In this document: positions 8,842 through 19,691 of the stretch, one piece after another
Layout: every line of letters starts with the position of its first letter
Numbering within the stretch: position 1 is the first letter of the stretch
Assembly (NCBI GenBank): GCA_016839555.1
Contig: JAEOUA010000001.1
Location: forward strand, 192,001-256,000
DNA length: 64,000 nt
Origin: Promethearchaeota archaeon
GTDB lineage: Archaea; Asgardarchaeota; Lokiarchaeia; Sigyniarchaeales; SOKP01
Direction: 5' to 3'
Program-made: the position numbers and the translations under genes
Notes under the pieces: generated by a model
What the model saw: the letters and a program-made list of their open reading frames with translations, nothing else
The model's database searches: none
What the model was told of the DNA's origin: nothing

Positions 8842-10047
8842 TTACTTTTTTAAAGAACTTATAAAATCAAACACTTTGTCTAATGCTTTTTTCTCTGATA
8901 ATAATATTCTCTGTGGAAATTCAATGCAACGAGAATAAATATCTGACACAATAGGGAAGTTTTTATTATTGCTTTTGAGATCTCCCCAGTTAGCGTTTGA
9001 ATAATCAATACCTTTTCGAAGCTTTATTTCTTTAAAACATCTTAAACTATGAAGTGGAGGGTAACAATTGTCTGTAGGAATTCCATTCTGATTTAATAAC
9101 TTAAAGAACTTCTCTTTACTAATACCTCCAAATTTTTCGGGTCTAAATACGATAGGAAAAATATACCATCCTAATTCTGTTGTTCCAGGAGTGGGCTTCA
9201 TTGTAGTGATCCCCTCTATTTTATTCAATCTTTCTGAAAAATATGTTGCAGTTTCATTTCTTACCTTATGCTGTTTTGGAAATTTTTTCAATTGAGATCT
9301 TAATAAGGCCCCCAAAAATTCACTCATTCGATAATTTGTTCCGTAAACAAAATGTGCATAAGAAAAATGATTTTTCTTTCTCCCACAATCAATAATTGAG
9401 TAAATTTTATCAGCTAATTCGTCATCATTACATATAATTGCGCCCCCTTCTCCACTCGTTAATACTTTTGAGGCTTGAAAGCTAAAAGTGCCAGCATTTC
9501 CCCAATTTCCTGCCCTTTTCCCTTTATATCTGCTACCTTGAGCATGGGCACTATCTTCCACGATTTTAAGATTATTTTTTTGAGCAATATCCACTAATTT
9601 ATCCATCTCTACGGGATTGCCTCCAAGATGAACTGGAATTATTGCTTTAGTTCGTTTGGTAATTAAACCCTCAACTTGATCTACATCCATAACAAAAGTC
9701 TCTGGATTAATATCACAAAAAATTGGTACCGCATTAGCTGCAACTACTGCAGATGCAGAAGCTACAAACGTAAAATCTGAAACAATTACTTCATCACCTA
9801 ATCCTATTCCTAAAGCTAATAATGCGGCCTCGATAGCAACAGTACCGTTAGCTACAGCAATACAATGTTTCGCTTCTTGAAAAGAAGCAAATTCCTCTTG
9901 AAATTTCCAAATATTTTCTCCAGAATGATCTCCTGGAGATCCCGCCCACCATTTGCCAGATTTAACTACATTAGACATTGCTTCAATATCATTTTCATCA
10001 AAAATAGGCCACTCTTGAAAATTCTTCTCTCTTTCTTTTTTAACCAT
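8842..10047 (-). CDS. DegT/DnrJ/EryC1/StrS PLP aminotransferase (RifK/BtrR-like)
   Basis: ANGTVA, FTFVASA, EDSAHAQG, SFQASKVLTSGEGG (PLP lysine), GTNYRMSE. Confidence 0.92.
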   Translation of the reverse strand: MVKKEREKNFQEWPIFDENDIEAMSNVVKSGKWWAGSPGDHSGENIWKFQEEFASFQEAKHCIAVANGTVAIEAALLALGIGLGDEVIVSDFTFVASASAVVAANAVPIFCDINPETFVMDVDQVEGLITKRTKAIIPVHLGGNPVEMDKLVDIAQKNNLKIVEDSAHAQGSRYKGKRAGNWGNAGTFSFQASKVLTSGEGGAIICNDDELADKIYSIIDCGRKKNHFSYAHFVYGTNYRMSEFLGALLRSQLKKFPKQHKVRNETATYFSERLNKIEGITTMKPTPGTTELGWYIFPIVFRPEKFGGISKEKFFKLLNQNGIPTDNCYPPLHSLRCFKEIKLRKGIDYSNANWGDLKSNNKNFPIVSDIYSRCIEFPQRILLSEKKALDKVFDFISSLKK

Positions 10048-10275
10048 AATAGATTCCCATCATTATCTTATTTTAAAATTTAAAATTATTTACACTATTT
10101 TTAATTTTTTATAAAATCCTAAAATAATCTCATATTCATATAGAAATGCTTCAATTTAAGCAACAAATTAAGATTAATCATATATTCCTTTTTCTTTCTA
10201 ATTAGTATAAAAATTTAAAAAGATCTTTCTGAAATTTAAAGAAATTAAACAATAATGAGAGAAAACATTCAGGAT

Positions 10276-11136
10276 CTATTTTTTAATCCATTTCTCATAT
10301 AAAAAATATGTATTATGCAGTAACATAGCGACGGTCATGGGTCCAACTCCCCCCGGAACAGGAGTGATCTTTTCAACTTTTTCTATAACATCATTGAAAT
10401 CAACATCTCCACATAATTTATCTCCTACTCTATTTATCCCAACGTCTATAATTATGGTGTTTTTCTTTATTTGCTTTTTTTTTATGAAATTTGGTTTTCC
10501 TATTCCAACAATAAGAATATCTGCTTGAAGCGTATAATTTTCAAGGTTTTTTGTATAAACATGACATACTGAAACTGTAGCATCTCTATTTAAAAACATT
10601 TGTGTTAAAGGTCTTCCCAACAGAGTTGAGTGGTTTATAATTGTAATATCTTTTCCTTTAATGGGAATATTATAATGATTTAATAAATTTATAATTCCTT
10701 TTGGGGTGCAAGGAGCCAATTCCTCATTATTATAATAGAGATTACCTAGATTAACGGGATGTAAGCCATCAACATCTTTCTGAGGAATTATATATTTAAT
10801 AATTTCATGAATGTCATTTTGTAAATCGATTGGTAATGGTAATTGCAGCAATATTCCATGAATGTCTTTATTTTGATTTAATATTTTAATTTCTTTTATT
10901 AGTTCTTGTTTAGCTGTATTTTTATCCAATTGAACGATTTTAGTGTCGATCCCAATCTTTTTACATGTCTTCTGTTTGATATTAACATAAATTTTAGATG
11001 CAGGGTCTTCTCCCACTAGAATAGTCGCTAATTTGGGTGTAATACCATATTCTTTCTTTGCCTTTTTTATTTTATTTTCAAGAATTGAATTTAATTCGTT
11101 TGCTATCTTTCTGCCATCAAGAATTTTATTTTCCAA
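10276..11136 (-). CDS. folD: Methylenetetrahydrofolate dehydrogenase/cyclohydrolase
   Basis: ILDG, LVGEDPAS..YV..K, GILLQLPLP, KDVDGLHP, PCTPKGI, DVGINR, PVPGGVGPMTVAML. Confidence 0.95.
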   Translation of the reverse strand: MENKILDGRKIANELNSILENKIKKAKKEYGITPKLATILVGEDPASKIYVNIKQKTCKKIGIDTKIVQLDKNTAKQELIKEIKILNQNKDIHGILLQLPLPIDLQNDIHEIIKYIIPQKDVDGLHPVNLGNLYYNNEELAPCTPKGIINLLNHYNIPIKGKDITIINHSTLLGRPLTQMFLNRDATVSVCHVYTKNLENYTLQADILIVGIGKPNFIKKKQIKKNTIIIDVGINRVGDKLCGDVDFNDVIEKVEKITPVPGGVGPMTVAMLLHNTYFLYEKWIKK

Positions 11137-11306
11137 CCTTTTCTCTTCCTCTAAAACAATCTTACGAATAAAAATATTTTTTCTTTAATGTTTTTAAGTA
11201 AATTTATTAAAAGAATAATATAAATTAATATCTAGTATTAATCATCAATTCATAATATTGAAACTTTAGATTGCGCAGAATAATAAATTATTGGAAATTC
11301 TAAAGC

Positions 11307-11774
11307 CTATTTTATGAAATGAATTCTTCTTTTATCGGTTCTAATAAATTGTTCAAACACAAGATTATTATCTGGAATATATTCCCAGAAATCTTCGTAA
11401 ATATCCTTTAAATTTTGATTCTCTTTCTCATCCTTCAAAGGCTTCGGATAAAAAGTTACTTCATTTCCATTAAGTATTAAATTCTCAAATAATAATTTGT
11501 CTTTTTCAGTTTTAGCATCTTTTCCCTTTTTACTTTCAAATTCATAATCAACTAATTGGTATCCGCGAACTTTATAATTCTTATCAACAAATGCTTGGAA
11601 GGAATGCTCACAAATTAATCCTTTTGGAATTGAAATAGTGGTTAAATTCCTTGCATTATCGACCACAGATTGTGGAAATGATAAACTGTTCGATTTTTTA
11701 CACTTTGGACAGATAAATAAAATTTTGACCGTTTTATATTGGAAGGTTTGTGCTGTGTTTTTAATATTACTCAT
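11307..11774 (-). CDS. Hypothetical Zn-binding protein (CPKC...CEH)
   Basis: Clean ORF with CPxC...IPKGLICEHSFQAFVDKN..VRGYQ pattern; function unknown. Confidence 0.65.
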   Translation of the reverse strand: MSNIKNTAQTFQYKTVKILFICPKCKKSNSLSFPQSVVDNARNLTTISIPKGLICEHSFQAFVDKNYKVRGYQLVDYEFESKKGKDAKTEKDKLLFENLILNGNEVTFYPKPLKDEKENQNLKDIYEDFWEYIPDNNLVFEQFIRTDKRRIHFIK

Positions 11775-12083
11775 TTTACTTTCTAACTAATGATCTTTAT
11801 TATTTTTTAAAAAAAAGGTTTAATATTTAAATATAAATAGACTTAGAATTTAGTAGAACATTAAATAATTAAAGAATAAAATAAAATTAATCAATTACAT
11901 CTATATTAAACAGAAAATTGGGGATTTAAAAAAGATATTATCTAAAAGCCCTCTTCTCAATAAAATTATAAACATAAATATAAATAAAAATATAAGTGAA
12001 AAGTTAATTTATAATTATAAAACTTATACAAATTTTATTTTCAATAAAATTATATTAAATTAAAATTAAGATATCTTTAATTA

Positions 12084-12557
12084 GTGGTGATTATACTGGC
12101 GATTTTGGAAGTTGGTATTAATTTAAGCAATCGCAACATCTTTGAGATTAAGTTTTATACTGATACAAAAAATCCACTAGATGCGGACTTAAGAGCAGGG
12201 TTTTTAACGGCTCTTGAGAGTTTTACATCAGAGATTTTCAATGATGATATAAATGTAGTGTCACTAGCGTCCTTTAAAATGGTTTGTTATACTGAGATTA
12301 TTCGCCTTCCCCTTTCCGAAGAGGAAAATAATGCACAAACCTTAATTTATTATGCTATAATTGAAAAAGAAACAGAAACAGAAATCGTAAAAAAACAGTT
12401 AAAGAAGATTAGCAATCACTTTTTAAATCGCTTTCCGCTTAATGATATTTTTACTAAAAATAAGCAATATTTCAATAAAAAATTCTCAGATAGGGTTAGT
12501 GAAGTCTTGGGCGATTTAAAATTGAAAACAGAAGATAGATTTCGCTCTATTTTTTAA
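12084..12557 (+). CDS. Longin/roadblock-like domain protein
   Basis: Beta-beta-helix (LRAGFLTALESFTSEIF)-beta-beta-beta-helix pattern typical of Asgard longin-like folds. Confidence 0.6.
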   Translation: MVIILAILEVGINLSNRNIFEIKFYTDTKNPLDADLRAGFLTALESFTSEIFNDDINVVSLASFKMVCYTEIIRLPLSEEENNAQTLIYYAIIEKETETEIVKKQLKKISNHFLNRFPLNDIFTKNKQYFNKKFSDRVSEVLGDLKLKTEDRFRSIF

Positions 12558-12696
12558 ATTTTAATAAACTAATAGAAATCTTAATTTATAGTTATATCTT
12601 ATAAATTCTAGATTAATTAAAGAGTTTAGATTATTAATACTTATTACTCTATTATAATTATAGATTAAATTTGCTTTAAGAGAGCACTTGATTTAA

Positions 12697-13875
12697 ATGT
12701 CTTCTAATATTGGTCCCGAGGCGAAAGCAGCTTATGAGAAATATTTAGAGGCAAGCTCATTAGAAGAAAAAATAGAACGCTTGGAGCGATTTATTTCTTT
12801 AGTACCTAAACATAAAGCTACAGAAAATATTGTTGCTTTAAATAAGACAAAACTTGCGAAACTTAGAAAACAACTTGAAGAGAGAAAAAAGAAATCTGCT
12901 GTCAAGGTTGTAAGTCCTTTCTCAATAAAAAAGGAGGGACTTCAAATAATCATTTTAAGTGATTATCATGTTCCAGGAGTGGGAAAAACTTCATTATTAA
13001 ATTATTTAACGGGGGCAGCCGAAGAAAAAATCGGAAGATTTAATTCTCTTCCGGAGATTGGCATTTATGATTATAAAGGGATTAGATTCCAAATAGTTGA
13101 TATGCCTTCCTTAATGGAAGGAGCATCACGGGGAAAAGGGAATGGTAAAGAGATATTAGCGCAAGTTAGAGCATGCGATTTAATTTGTATATGTATAGAT
13201 CTCTCTCGAGATATCGATATTCAAATGAATTTAATTTTAAATGAATTAGAGAATGCTGATATCACAATAAATAAATCGCCCCCTCCTATTGATATTGAAA
13301 AAACAGGTTCTAATAATATTCAAGTTCTTTTTCTAACTAAAGAATCTAGGGCTCATATTGAATTATCAGAAAAGATAAAAAAAATTGTATCCGAAACAGG
13401 GATTCAAAATTGCATAGTAAAAATATATGGAGATTTTAATCTTGCTGCTATTTATGAAACTTTAAATCCCTCTCTAGTATATAAGAAGGCAATAATAATT
13501 GCCACTAAAGGGGATCTTCCTCACACTGAACAGAATTTTGAGAGGTTAAAAAATAACTATTCCAATATGTTTCCTATTATAATCGGTAGCAGTATTGAAA
13601 AAAAGGTGTTTCCAGATAATTTTGGAAGTATAATTCTACAATTCCTTAATAAAATTAAAATCTATACTATGGATGCTGATGGAATTTCTGATAAACCATT
13701 GCTCCTAGATAAGGGAGCAAAAGTAAAAGATGCTGCGATTAAAATACATAGAACGTTTGTAGATAATTTTGAGTTTGCAACGATTATTAGAGAAGATGCG
13801 AAACAAACGAAAAAACGAGTAGGTCTGGATTATAAATTAGAAGATAATGATAAATTAGAAATTCATACCTATTAG
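12697..13875 (+). CDS. DRG/OBG-family GTPase with C-terminal TGS domain (divergent)
   Basis: PKHKATE, GVGKTSLL, QIVDMP..EGAS.GKGNGKEIL...R.CD, ATKGD, RVGLDYKLEDND. Confidence 0.88.
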   Translation: MSSNIGPEAKAAYEKYLEASSLEEKIERLERFISLVPKHKATENIVALNKTKLAKLRKQLEERKKKSAVKVVSPFSIKKEGLQIIILSDYHVPGVGKTSLLNYLTGAAEEKIGRFNSLPEIGIYDYKGIRFQIVDMPSLMEGASRGKGNGKEILAQVRACDLICICIDLSRDIDIQMNLILNELENADITINKSPPPIDIEKTGSNNIQVLFLTKESRAHIELSEKIKKIVSETGIQNCIVKIYGDFNLAAIYETLNPSLVYKKAIIIATKGDLPHTEQNFERLKNNYSNMFPIIIGSSIEKKVFPDNFGSIILQFLNKIKIYTMDADGISDKPLLLDKGAKVKDAAIKIHRTFVDNFEFATIIREDAKQTKKRVGLDYKLEDNDKLEIHTY

Positions 13876-13876
13876 T

Positions 13877-16576
13877 TTATCCCTCATTCCCCGTTTTTCG
13901 TATTTTTTGTATTATGATGGGGATATTAACCAATTCAGTTTTATAAGACGCATTAAGATCTTCTATTCCATCTGCTATATTTCTCACACTTTCAAAGGAA
14001 TAAATCAAATTTTCAAGATAATCAATTAAATCCCCCTTAAATACTAAAATCTCGTAATATTCTTTCAAATATTCATGAATTTGATCCACTGAAAATCCTT
14101 GTTCGATTCTTAAATTAAGAATAAATGATTCTAAATTTAGTCTGCCACATTCACAATAGGGACTGTCCTTACAAGAACAATTAAATATGTCATTGATCCA
14201 CTTTAACACGAGATCAATAAATTCTCGTGAAAATTTTTTCCGCTTCTTAATATATTCAGCGTCCATAAGTGAAAGAACAGAAGAACTGAAAAAATTATTA
14301 GAAAAATATTTCATATTTACGTTTTTGGAAAGATCGGCAACCACAGCTCTTGATAAATAGACATTTTTTAAGGGTCTCAAATTTAAAACAATCTGTTTAA
14401 TACTTTGCTTTTGATGCCTAATTAAGTTAATAATTTCAAAACTTTGTTCTATAGTTAAAAATGATTTGGCTATAGCTCTTGCTAATCCTGTTGCCTTTAG
14501 CCTATTATTATCTTCTAAGGTGATCAAATTTTTATTTAATAAGGTCTGGATTAAGGAATTTAGTTCATAATATCCGTTGATTAAATTATTATAAAACAAA
14601 TAGAGATTTTCTTTCGCGGTTCCTTTTTTATATATTGAAATAAAAGCAAGAATTTCTGTGAGAATTCGATCTTCATTTGGCTCCAATTCAAAATCTTTAA
14701 TTTTTCCATTTAATAATCTAATTGAAATATCTTCTTCAGTTTTTTCCATCGCAGGCGAATAGACTTTCTCTGGTTGCACTAATAAATAAGCTCTTCCAAT
14801 CTCATGCTTTTTTAATCTTCCCGCTCTACCAAGCATCTGCTCAAATTCAGCAACGCTTAACCATTTAATTCCCATTGCCAGCGATTCAAAAATGACTTGA
14901 CTTGCGGGAAGATCAACACCTGCCGCTAATGCAGCCGTTGCAACAACTCCTGCTATTTTTTGTGATTGAAATTCTGATTCAATCTGCTTTCTTTCAGGAT
15001 TAGTTAATCCTGAATGATATGCTTTTATATTAATACCTATTTTCCCTAAATTTGCCGCAATCAGCTCACATCTCTTTCTTGCATTAGTGAAAATGATTGA
15101 TTGCCCCCTATATCCATATTCTGAGATCTCAGAAAAAGCGGCCCTCACTAAATTTCTTATAGTTTGCAATTTTGTTCTTTCATTTTGGCATAAAATTAGG
15201 TGTCTTTCAATCGGAACTGGCCTATTGGTGTATCGAACTAAATTGCTATCAAGCTTTTTTGCTAGGATTGCTGGCTCACCGACGGTTGCGCTTAAGTAGA
15301 GATATTGTGATTCGGGATAAACTGCTTTTAATCGTGATATTAAACCATCTAATAAGAATCCTCGTTCTGGGTCTATAAGTGTTTGTATTTCATCAATAAT
15401 GATGGTCGAAATCTCACCTAATTTCTCCTTTTTTCCACTTCTCAAAATATAATCTATTGCCTCATAAGTAGCTATAATTATATTCGCATCCTTCAAGTCT
15501 TTCATTTCATAATCATACTCTTCTGTATCCAATAATGATTCCCCCACTCGCTTTATTACTTTTAAACCTAATTGATTATATTTTTCTTGAAATTCTATAT
15601 GTCTAATATTTGCTAATGCTACTATGGGGACTAAATATAGCATTTTTTTAACTGGATCAACAAGAAGTTTTGAAACACCTGCTAATTCGCCGATTAATGT
15701 CTTCCCTCCTGATGTAGGGGCCATAATTAATTGATTAGTATTTTCCGATAATAATCCTCTATCAATAGAAAGCGCTTGAATGGGTAAGAGAGTTGAAATT
15801 TTTGCCTTTTTAAGAAGTTCCTTAAATTCATTAGGTACATTTAAGTCTCTTACTAGATAATTCAAATATTTTTTGTTTATGGGGGTACTTTTTTCTATAT
15901 CATATAACGTAATTTCTCTATTTTCCTTATTTTTTACTGGATTAAAATTTGGTTTAAACGATTTAAGCACTTTTTCAATATCTTTGAATTTTAAAATAAG
16001 ATGGCGGAAAAAATTTTTTAGTTTACCAGAAATTTTTTCGGATGAAACCAAGCCCATAGCCTGAGCACGTCTAAGAACAATTTTCTCGGCACAAGTTGGA
16101 CAAAGAATCTGATTATTGAATGAGTTTATTTGGTGTCCTTTATTCAATATTTTAAATTTTTTTTCATGTAAACAGGTATTGCAAAAAGTTAAATTAATTA
16201 TTTTTTTTGTATCAAACTGAAAACTCTTGAACATTTCCAAAAACGGTTGTTTTTCTTCAAATGAAGCTTGATTTGAAAATGCAACATATTTATTATTCGG
16301 TGAGATTAAGAATTCTTTAAACAGATTGGGATCTATTGGTCTTAATTCATCATTTTCTAATCGTTTATCAAACTTTAAAACGCGTATTTTATCTTTAAAA
16401 TCCAACCCTAAAATAACGGTTCCTTTAAAGAATGGTATAGAGACAAAAGAAAAAGAATGTTTTTTGCTGTCCGTAAGTGATTTAAGATAAAATAGATTAA
16501 TATCATATAGTAATTCTTTTTTCGCTTTCTGGTCTCTATTTATAACTATGAAATAATCTCTTGTTAAAGATTTCAT
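13877..16576 (-). CDS. Archaeal SF2 DEAD/DEAH-box helicase with C-terminal Cys cluster (DUF5814-type)
   Basis: LLPIQ, APTSGGKT, IDEIQ, LSAT, YHSGL, TAALAAGVDLPA, QMLGRAGR; C-terminal CSCKDSPYCECG. Confidence 0.9.
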   Translation of the reverse strand: MKSLTRDYFIVINRDQKAKKELLYDINLFYLKSLTDSKKHSFSFVSIPFFKGTVILGLDFKDKIRVLKFDKRLENDELRPIDPNLFKEFLISPNNKYVAFSNQASFEEKQPFLEMFKSFQFDTKKIINLTFCNTCLHEKKFKILNKGHQINSFNNQILCPTCAEKIVLRRAQAMGLVSSEKISGKLKNFFRHLILKFKDIEKVLKSFKPNFNPVKNKENREITLYDIEKSTPINKKYLNYLVRDLNVPNEFKELLKKAKISTLLPIQALSIDRGLLSENTNQLIMAPTSGGKTLIGELAGVSKLLVDPVKKMLYLVPIVALANIRHIEFQEKYNQLGLKVIKRVGESLLDTEEYDYEMKDLKDANIIIATYEAIDYILRSGKKEKLGEISTIIIDEIQTLIDPERGFLLDGLISRLKAVYPESQYLYLSATVGEPAILAKKLDSNLVRYTNRPVPIERHLILCQNERTKLQTIRNLVRAAFSEISEYGYRGQSIIFTNARKRCELIAANLGKIGINIKAYHSGLTNPERKQIESEFQSQKIAGVVATAALAAGVDLPASQVIFESLAMGIKWLSVAEFEQMLGRAGRLKKHEIGRAYLLVQPEKVYSPAMEKTEEDISIRLLNGKIKDFELEPNEDRILTEILAFISIYKKGTAKENLYLFYNNLINGYYELNSLIQTLLNKNLITLEDNNRLKATGLARAIAKSFLTIEQSFEIINLIRHQKQSIKQIVLNLRPLKNVYLSRAVVADLSKNVNMKYFSNNFFSSSVLSLMDAEYIKKRKKFSREFIDLVLKWINDIFNCSCKDSPYCECGRLNLESFILNLRIEQGFSVDQIHEYLKEYYEILVFKGDLIDYLENLIYSFESVRNIADGIEDLNASYKTELVNIPIIIQKIRKTGNEG

Positions 16577-16770
16577 GCAAGAATAATAGACGAACTTTTT
16601 ATTTCCTACTATAGTAAATCATTTCATATTAGTAAAGTTTTATGGTAAAGACTTTAAAGACGTTTTACAACGCAAAAAAAAAGTTGATTTTATTTAAATA
16701 AACAGAATCTTTTTAAAACTATATGCTTAATTGATACATATTAATTAAATAAATTAATAGTAATGAGAAA

Positions 16771-17565
16771 ATGTCTAAAAAAGAATTTAATATACAAGTA
16801 AACGATGTAAAAATTGCATGTTTAAGATGGGGGGAGAGAAATAAAACTCCTATTATGCTTGTTCATGGCTGGACTGGGTTTAAAGAGTTGTGGGATTCCT
16901 TCGCTCCTCAGTTAGAAGAAAAGGGATTTGACGTAGTGGCTCTCGATCTAAGAGGGCATGGTGATTCTTCCAGACCAGAAATGGAATATACCCATGAGGT
17001 TTTTAGTAAGGATATCCTTGAATTAAGCAAAAAGTTGGGATGGGATAAATATTCATTATTAGGGCAATCGATGGGAGGATATATAGTGCTCGATTATGCT
17101 TTACGATTCCCTGACACTCTTACACACGTTATAAGCTCGAACACCTCAGTCTATTTATCAAGAACGTTTATTTCGAAAATTGTGTGGAAATTGACCGTAT
17201 GGATGTATAAAAGAAATCCAGAAAAAATGATGCGAAAAATGTTTCCAAAATTCTTTATGAAACCTCCTCCTGAGGATATTATGGAAGATTTTGTTCAAAA
17301 CTCTTTAAAAACTTCTAAACAAGCAGGATTAAGCGCCATAAAGTACTGTCTTGAGAGAAATCTTGAACCTGAACTACATAAGATAAAAGTTCCCACATTA
17401 GTCATCTCATCGGAATATGATCAATCGACCCTAAGAAAAGCGACCCTTAACATTCATAAATTAATCCCGAATTCTGAACTTGTAGACATACCAGATACAG
17501 GTCATTTGCCCTTCATGGAGAATCCAGACGCATTTTTAAAGGCAATTGTGGATTTCATTAAATAA
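16771..17565 (+). CDS. Alpha/beta hydrolase
   Basis: VHGW, DLRGHGDS, GQSMGG nucleophile elbow, D, GHLP. Confidence 0.92.
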   Translation: MSKKEFNIQVNDVKIACLRWGERNKTPIMLVHGWTGFKELWDSFAPQLEEKGFDVVALDLRGHGDSSRPEMEYTHEVFSKDILELSKKLGWDKYSLLGQSMGGYIVLDYALRFPDTLTHVISSNTSVYLSRTFISKIVWKLTVWMYKRNPEKMMRKMFPKFFMKPPPEDIMEDFVQNSLKTSKQAGLSAIKYCLERNLEPELHKIKVPTLVISSEYDQSTLRKATLNIHKLIPNSELVDIPDTGHLPFMENPDAFLKAIVDFIK

Positions 17566-17726
17566 ATTAAATTACTCTTATCTTTATCATTCTTTTTTTT
17601 TCTAATGAAGCGAAATTCTTTCTGCTTATAAAAGATGATTTTTAAAACACGAGTTAAAAGTCATAAGCTAAAATTCTAAGCAAAAGGTTCTTATTAATTT
17701 TTCATAAATTTACCAAGAAAATAAGG

Positions 17727-17888
17727 TTAAAATCCAAATATTCTTTTGATTTTATCATAAACCTCTTTAATTTCTCTAAGCTTTTGTTCATTCTCTTGAT
17801 TCAAAAAGTACTCAATCCAATCTGCTAATCCCCCGTTCTCAATCCATTGGAGAAAATATTGTACATCTTGTTTTTCTTCTTCAGACAT
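17727..17888 (-). CDS. Small acidic hypothetical protein or gene fragment (53 aa)
   Basis: Manual translation MSEEEKQDVQYFLQWIENGGLADWIEYFLNQENEQKLREIKEVYDKIKRIFGF*; protein-like composition. Confidence 0.4.
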   Translation of the reverse strand: MSEEEKQDVQYFLQWIENGGLADWIEYFLNQENEQKLREIKEVYDKIKRIFGF

Positions 17889-18048
17889 TTTTTCGATATG
17901 AGTGTTAAATTATGTTAATTCTATAAAATATGCCAGCTTTTAAAAAGGTTTATTATTACAAATATTTAAATACTTATTAATAAAGGTTATAATTAAATAG
18001 AAATCAATATTAATCAAAAAAAATCAACAATTTAAATTAGCAATATAA

Positions 18049-18141
18049 AAGGTACCTTCCATACAACAAATCACAACCGGTGAAAAATTAATTGCAGCTC
18101 AACAATTAATAAACCAAATCTATATAGACGAAAAATTTTAA
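18049..18141 (+). pseudogene. Short fragment resembling the MoxR AAA ATPase lid region
   Basis: KVPSIQQITTGEKLIAAQQLINQIYIDEKF*; no start codon; resemblance judged by eye. Confidence 0.3.
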
Positions 18142-18184
18142 AATAGTTAATATAGATATTAACTAACAAAATTTTATTATTGTA

Positions 18185-19046
18185 TTATTGTATTTTTTGA
18201 TATTCTTCATCTTCAATCTCTCTTAATTCTTTAATTTCGGCATCAGATATTTTCAGCAATTCTATAATTCTTAGCTTTATATCTTTCGATAATGAGTCCA
18301 ATGAAAAAAAGTCGAGTTTAAAACAATACTTCAGTAATTCGATATTATTAAAAAAATAATGACCCTTATTAATAAACATATGATAATAATCATGCCAATC
18401 CTCTTCAAAATCTTTAAAATCTTCCACCTTACAGATATAATTACCCTTCGACTTGACAGTAAAATATTCCAAGTTCTGAATTCTTTTTGCAATCTTATTA
18501 ATTTCTTCGAGAGGACGATTTTCTGGAAAATAATCAGTGACTTCAAAAAAAAAACAAAAATATACGCTTCCATTTTTTGGCATAATGACCATATCTTTAC
18601 AATGAACAGACTCCGTAAGGATAAAGTATTTTTCTAGTTGATGGAGCATGCATGGTTTTTTTAAACTTTGATACAAATAATTTACGCATTTTGTTTGAAA
18701 TTTGATTCCATCTTCTTGGCGAAATAAAAAGATTTTCACAATGATGCAGAACAATTTGAGAAAAGCAATTTTTAAGCTCAGAATTTGATAAATTGTCTAA
18801 TCTGGAAAAAATATCTTTATATTTGTCTAAATGGGTTTCAGGAAAAAAAGTATAATATTCTTTCGCAAGAATACTTATCAAATAGGTAATTTCTTTCATA
18901 TATTTTTTCATTTTGAGAAAGAGTGTGCTCAATTCTGAAAACGATTCCGAAACCTCTTTAATATTTTTTTGGGTAATGCATGAAAAAACCTTTTTACTCA
19001 CTTTTCTGAGTGATTTATTCGATTTTAAAGGAGAAATATTTTTCAT
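18185..19046 (-). pseudogene. Hypothetical gene split by a frameshift (ORFs 18597-19046 and 18185-18754)
   Basis: Removing one base from the T5 run at 18769-18773 joins ...SELK to IAFLKLFCIIVKIF... into one reading frame. Confidence 0.55.
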
Positions 19047-19360
19047 CTTACTATTTTTTACAATTTTTTCTATATAAAGGAAAAATAAATTCGACTAAAA
19101 AATTATGAATTGAGAGAAAAGGATAAGATCGAATAAGTTTATATTACTCCAGTGCATATATATATACGGCGAACAATCATATGCAATTAATGGGTCGTCA
19201 AAAAAAATATGGTGTCCTTACTTTAATCCCTGGATTTTTGTCTTTTGGTGATCTACTTTATATATAGAAGTATTAAGTAGAAATCTATATTCTCCCTTTC
19301 TTTATATTATGATTGTAAGCGAGGACATCTATTTTTTTTCTCTTTTTATCTTTATTTTCC

Positions 19361-19573
19361 CTAGAGAAATTTTTGGTTTAGGTACTTTTTCTCGGACTTT
19401 TTCTCGGACTCTTTAAATAGAAACACCCCCAATTTGTTTTCAATAGTTTTTATAACCATATGGATATCATCTTTATCGCTCCAATTTGATGACCTAGCAA
19501 TTGCTTTTGGAATTGTAATAAGACTTTGTGATGTATCCTTATAAAATCTATATTTCACTATCTCCCCATTCAT
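19361..19573 (-). CDS. AbrB/MazE-like swapped-hairpin DNA-binding protein
   Basis: SQSLITIPKAIARSSNWSDKDDI matches the AbrB-fold Q..ITIPK.IA...W..GD pattern. Confidence 0.65.
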   Translation of the reverse strand: MNGEIVKYRFYKDTSQSLITIPKAIARSSNWSDKDDIHMVIKTIENKLGVFLFKESEKKSEKKYLNQKFL

Positions 19574-19691
19574 TTTTATCTACATTCTATATAGAATCGA
19601 AATATTTAAATATTAAACTATCTGTCAATTATGTGAGGTTAATTAGAACTCATACAAATAGTTGGGTATAAAGTTAGGTTAAGGGAATAAA

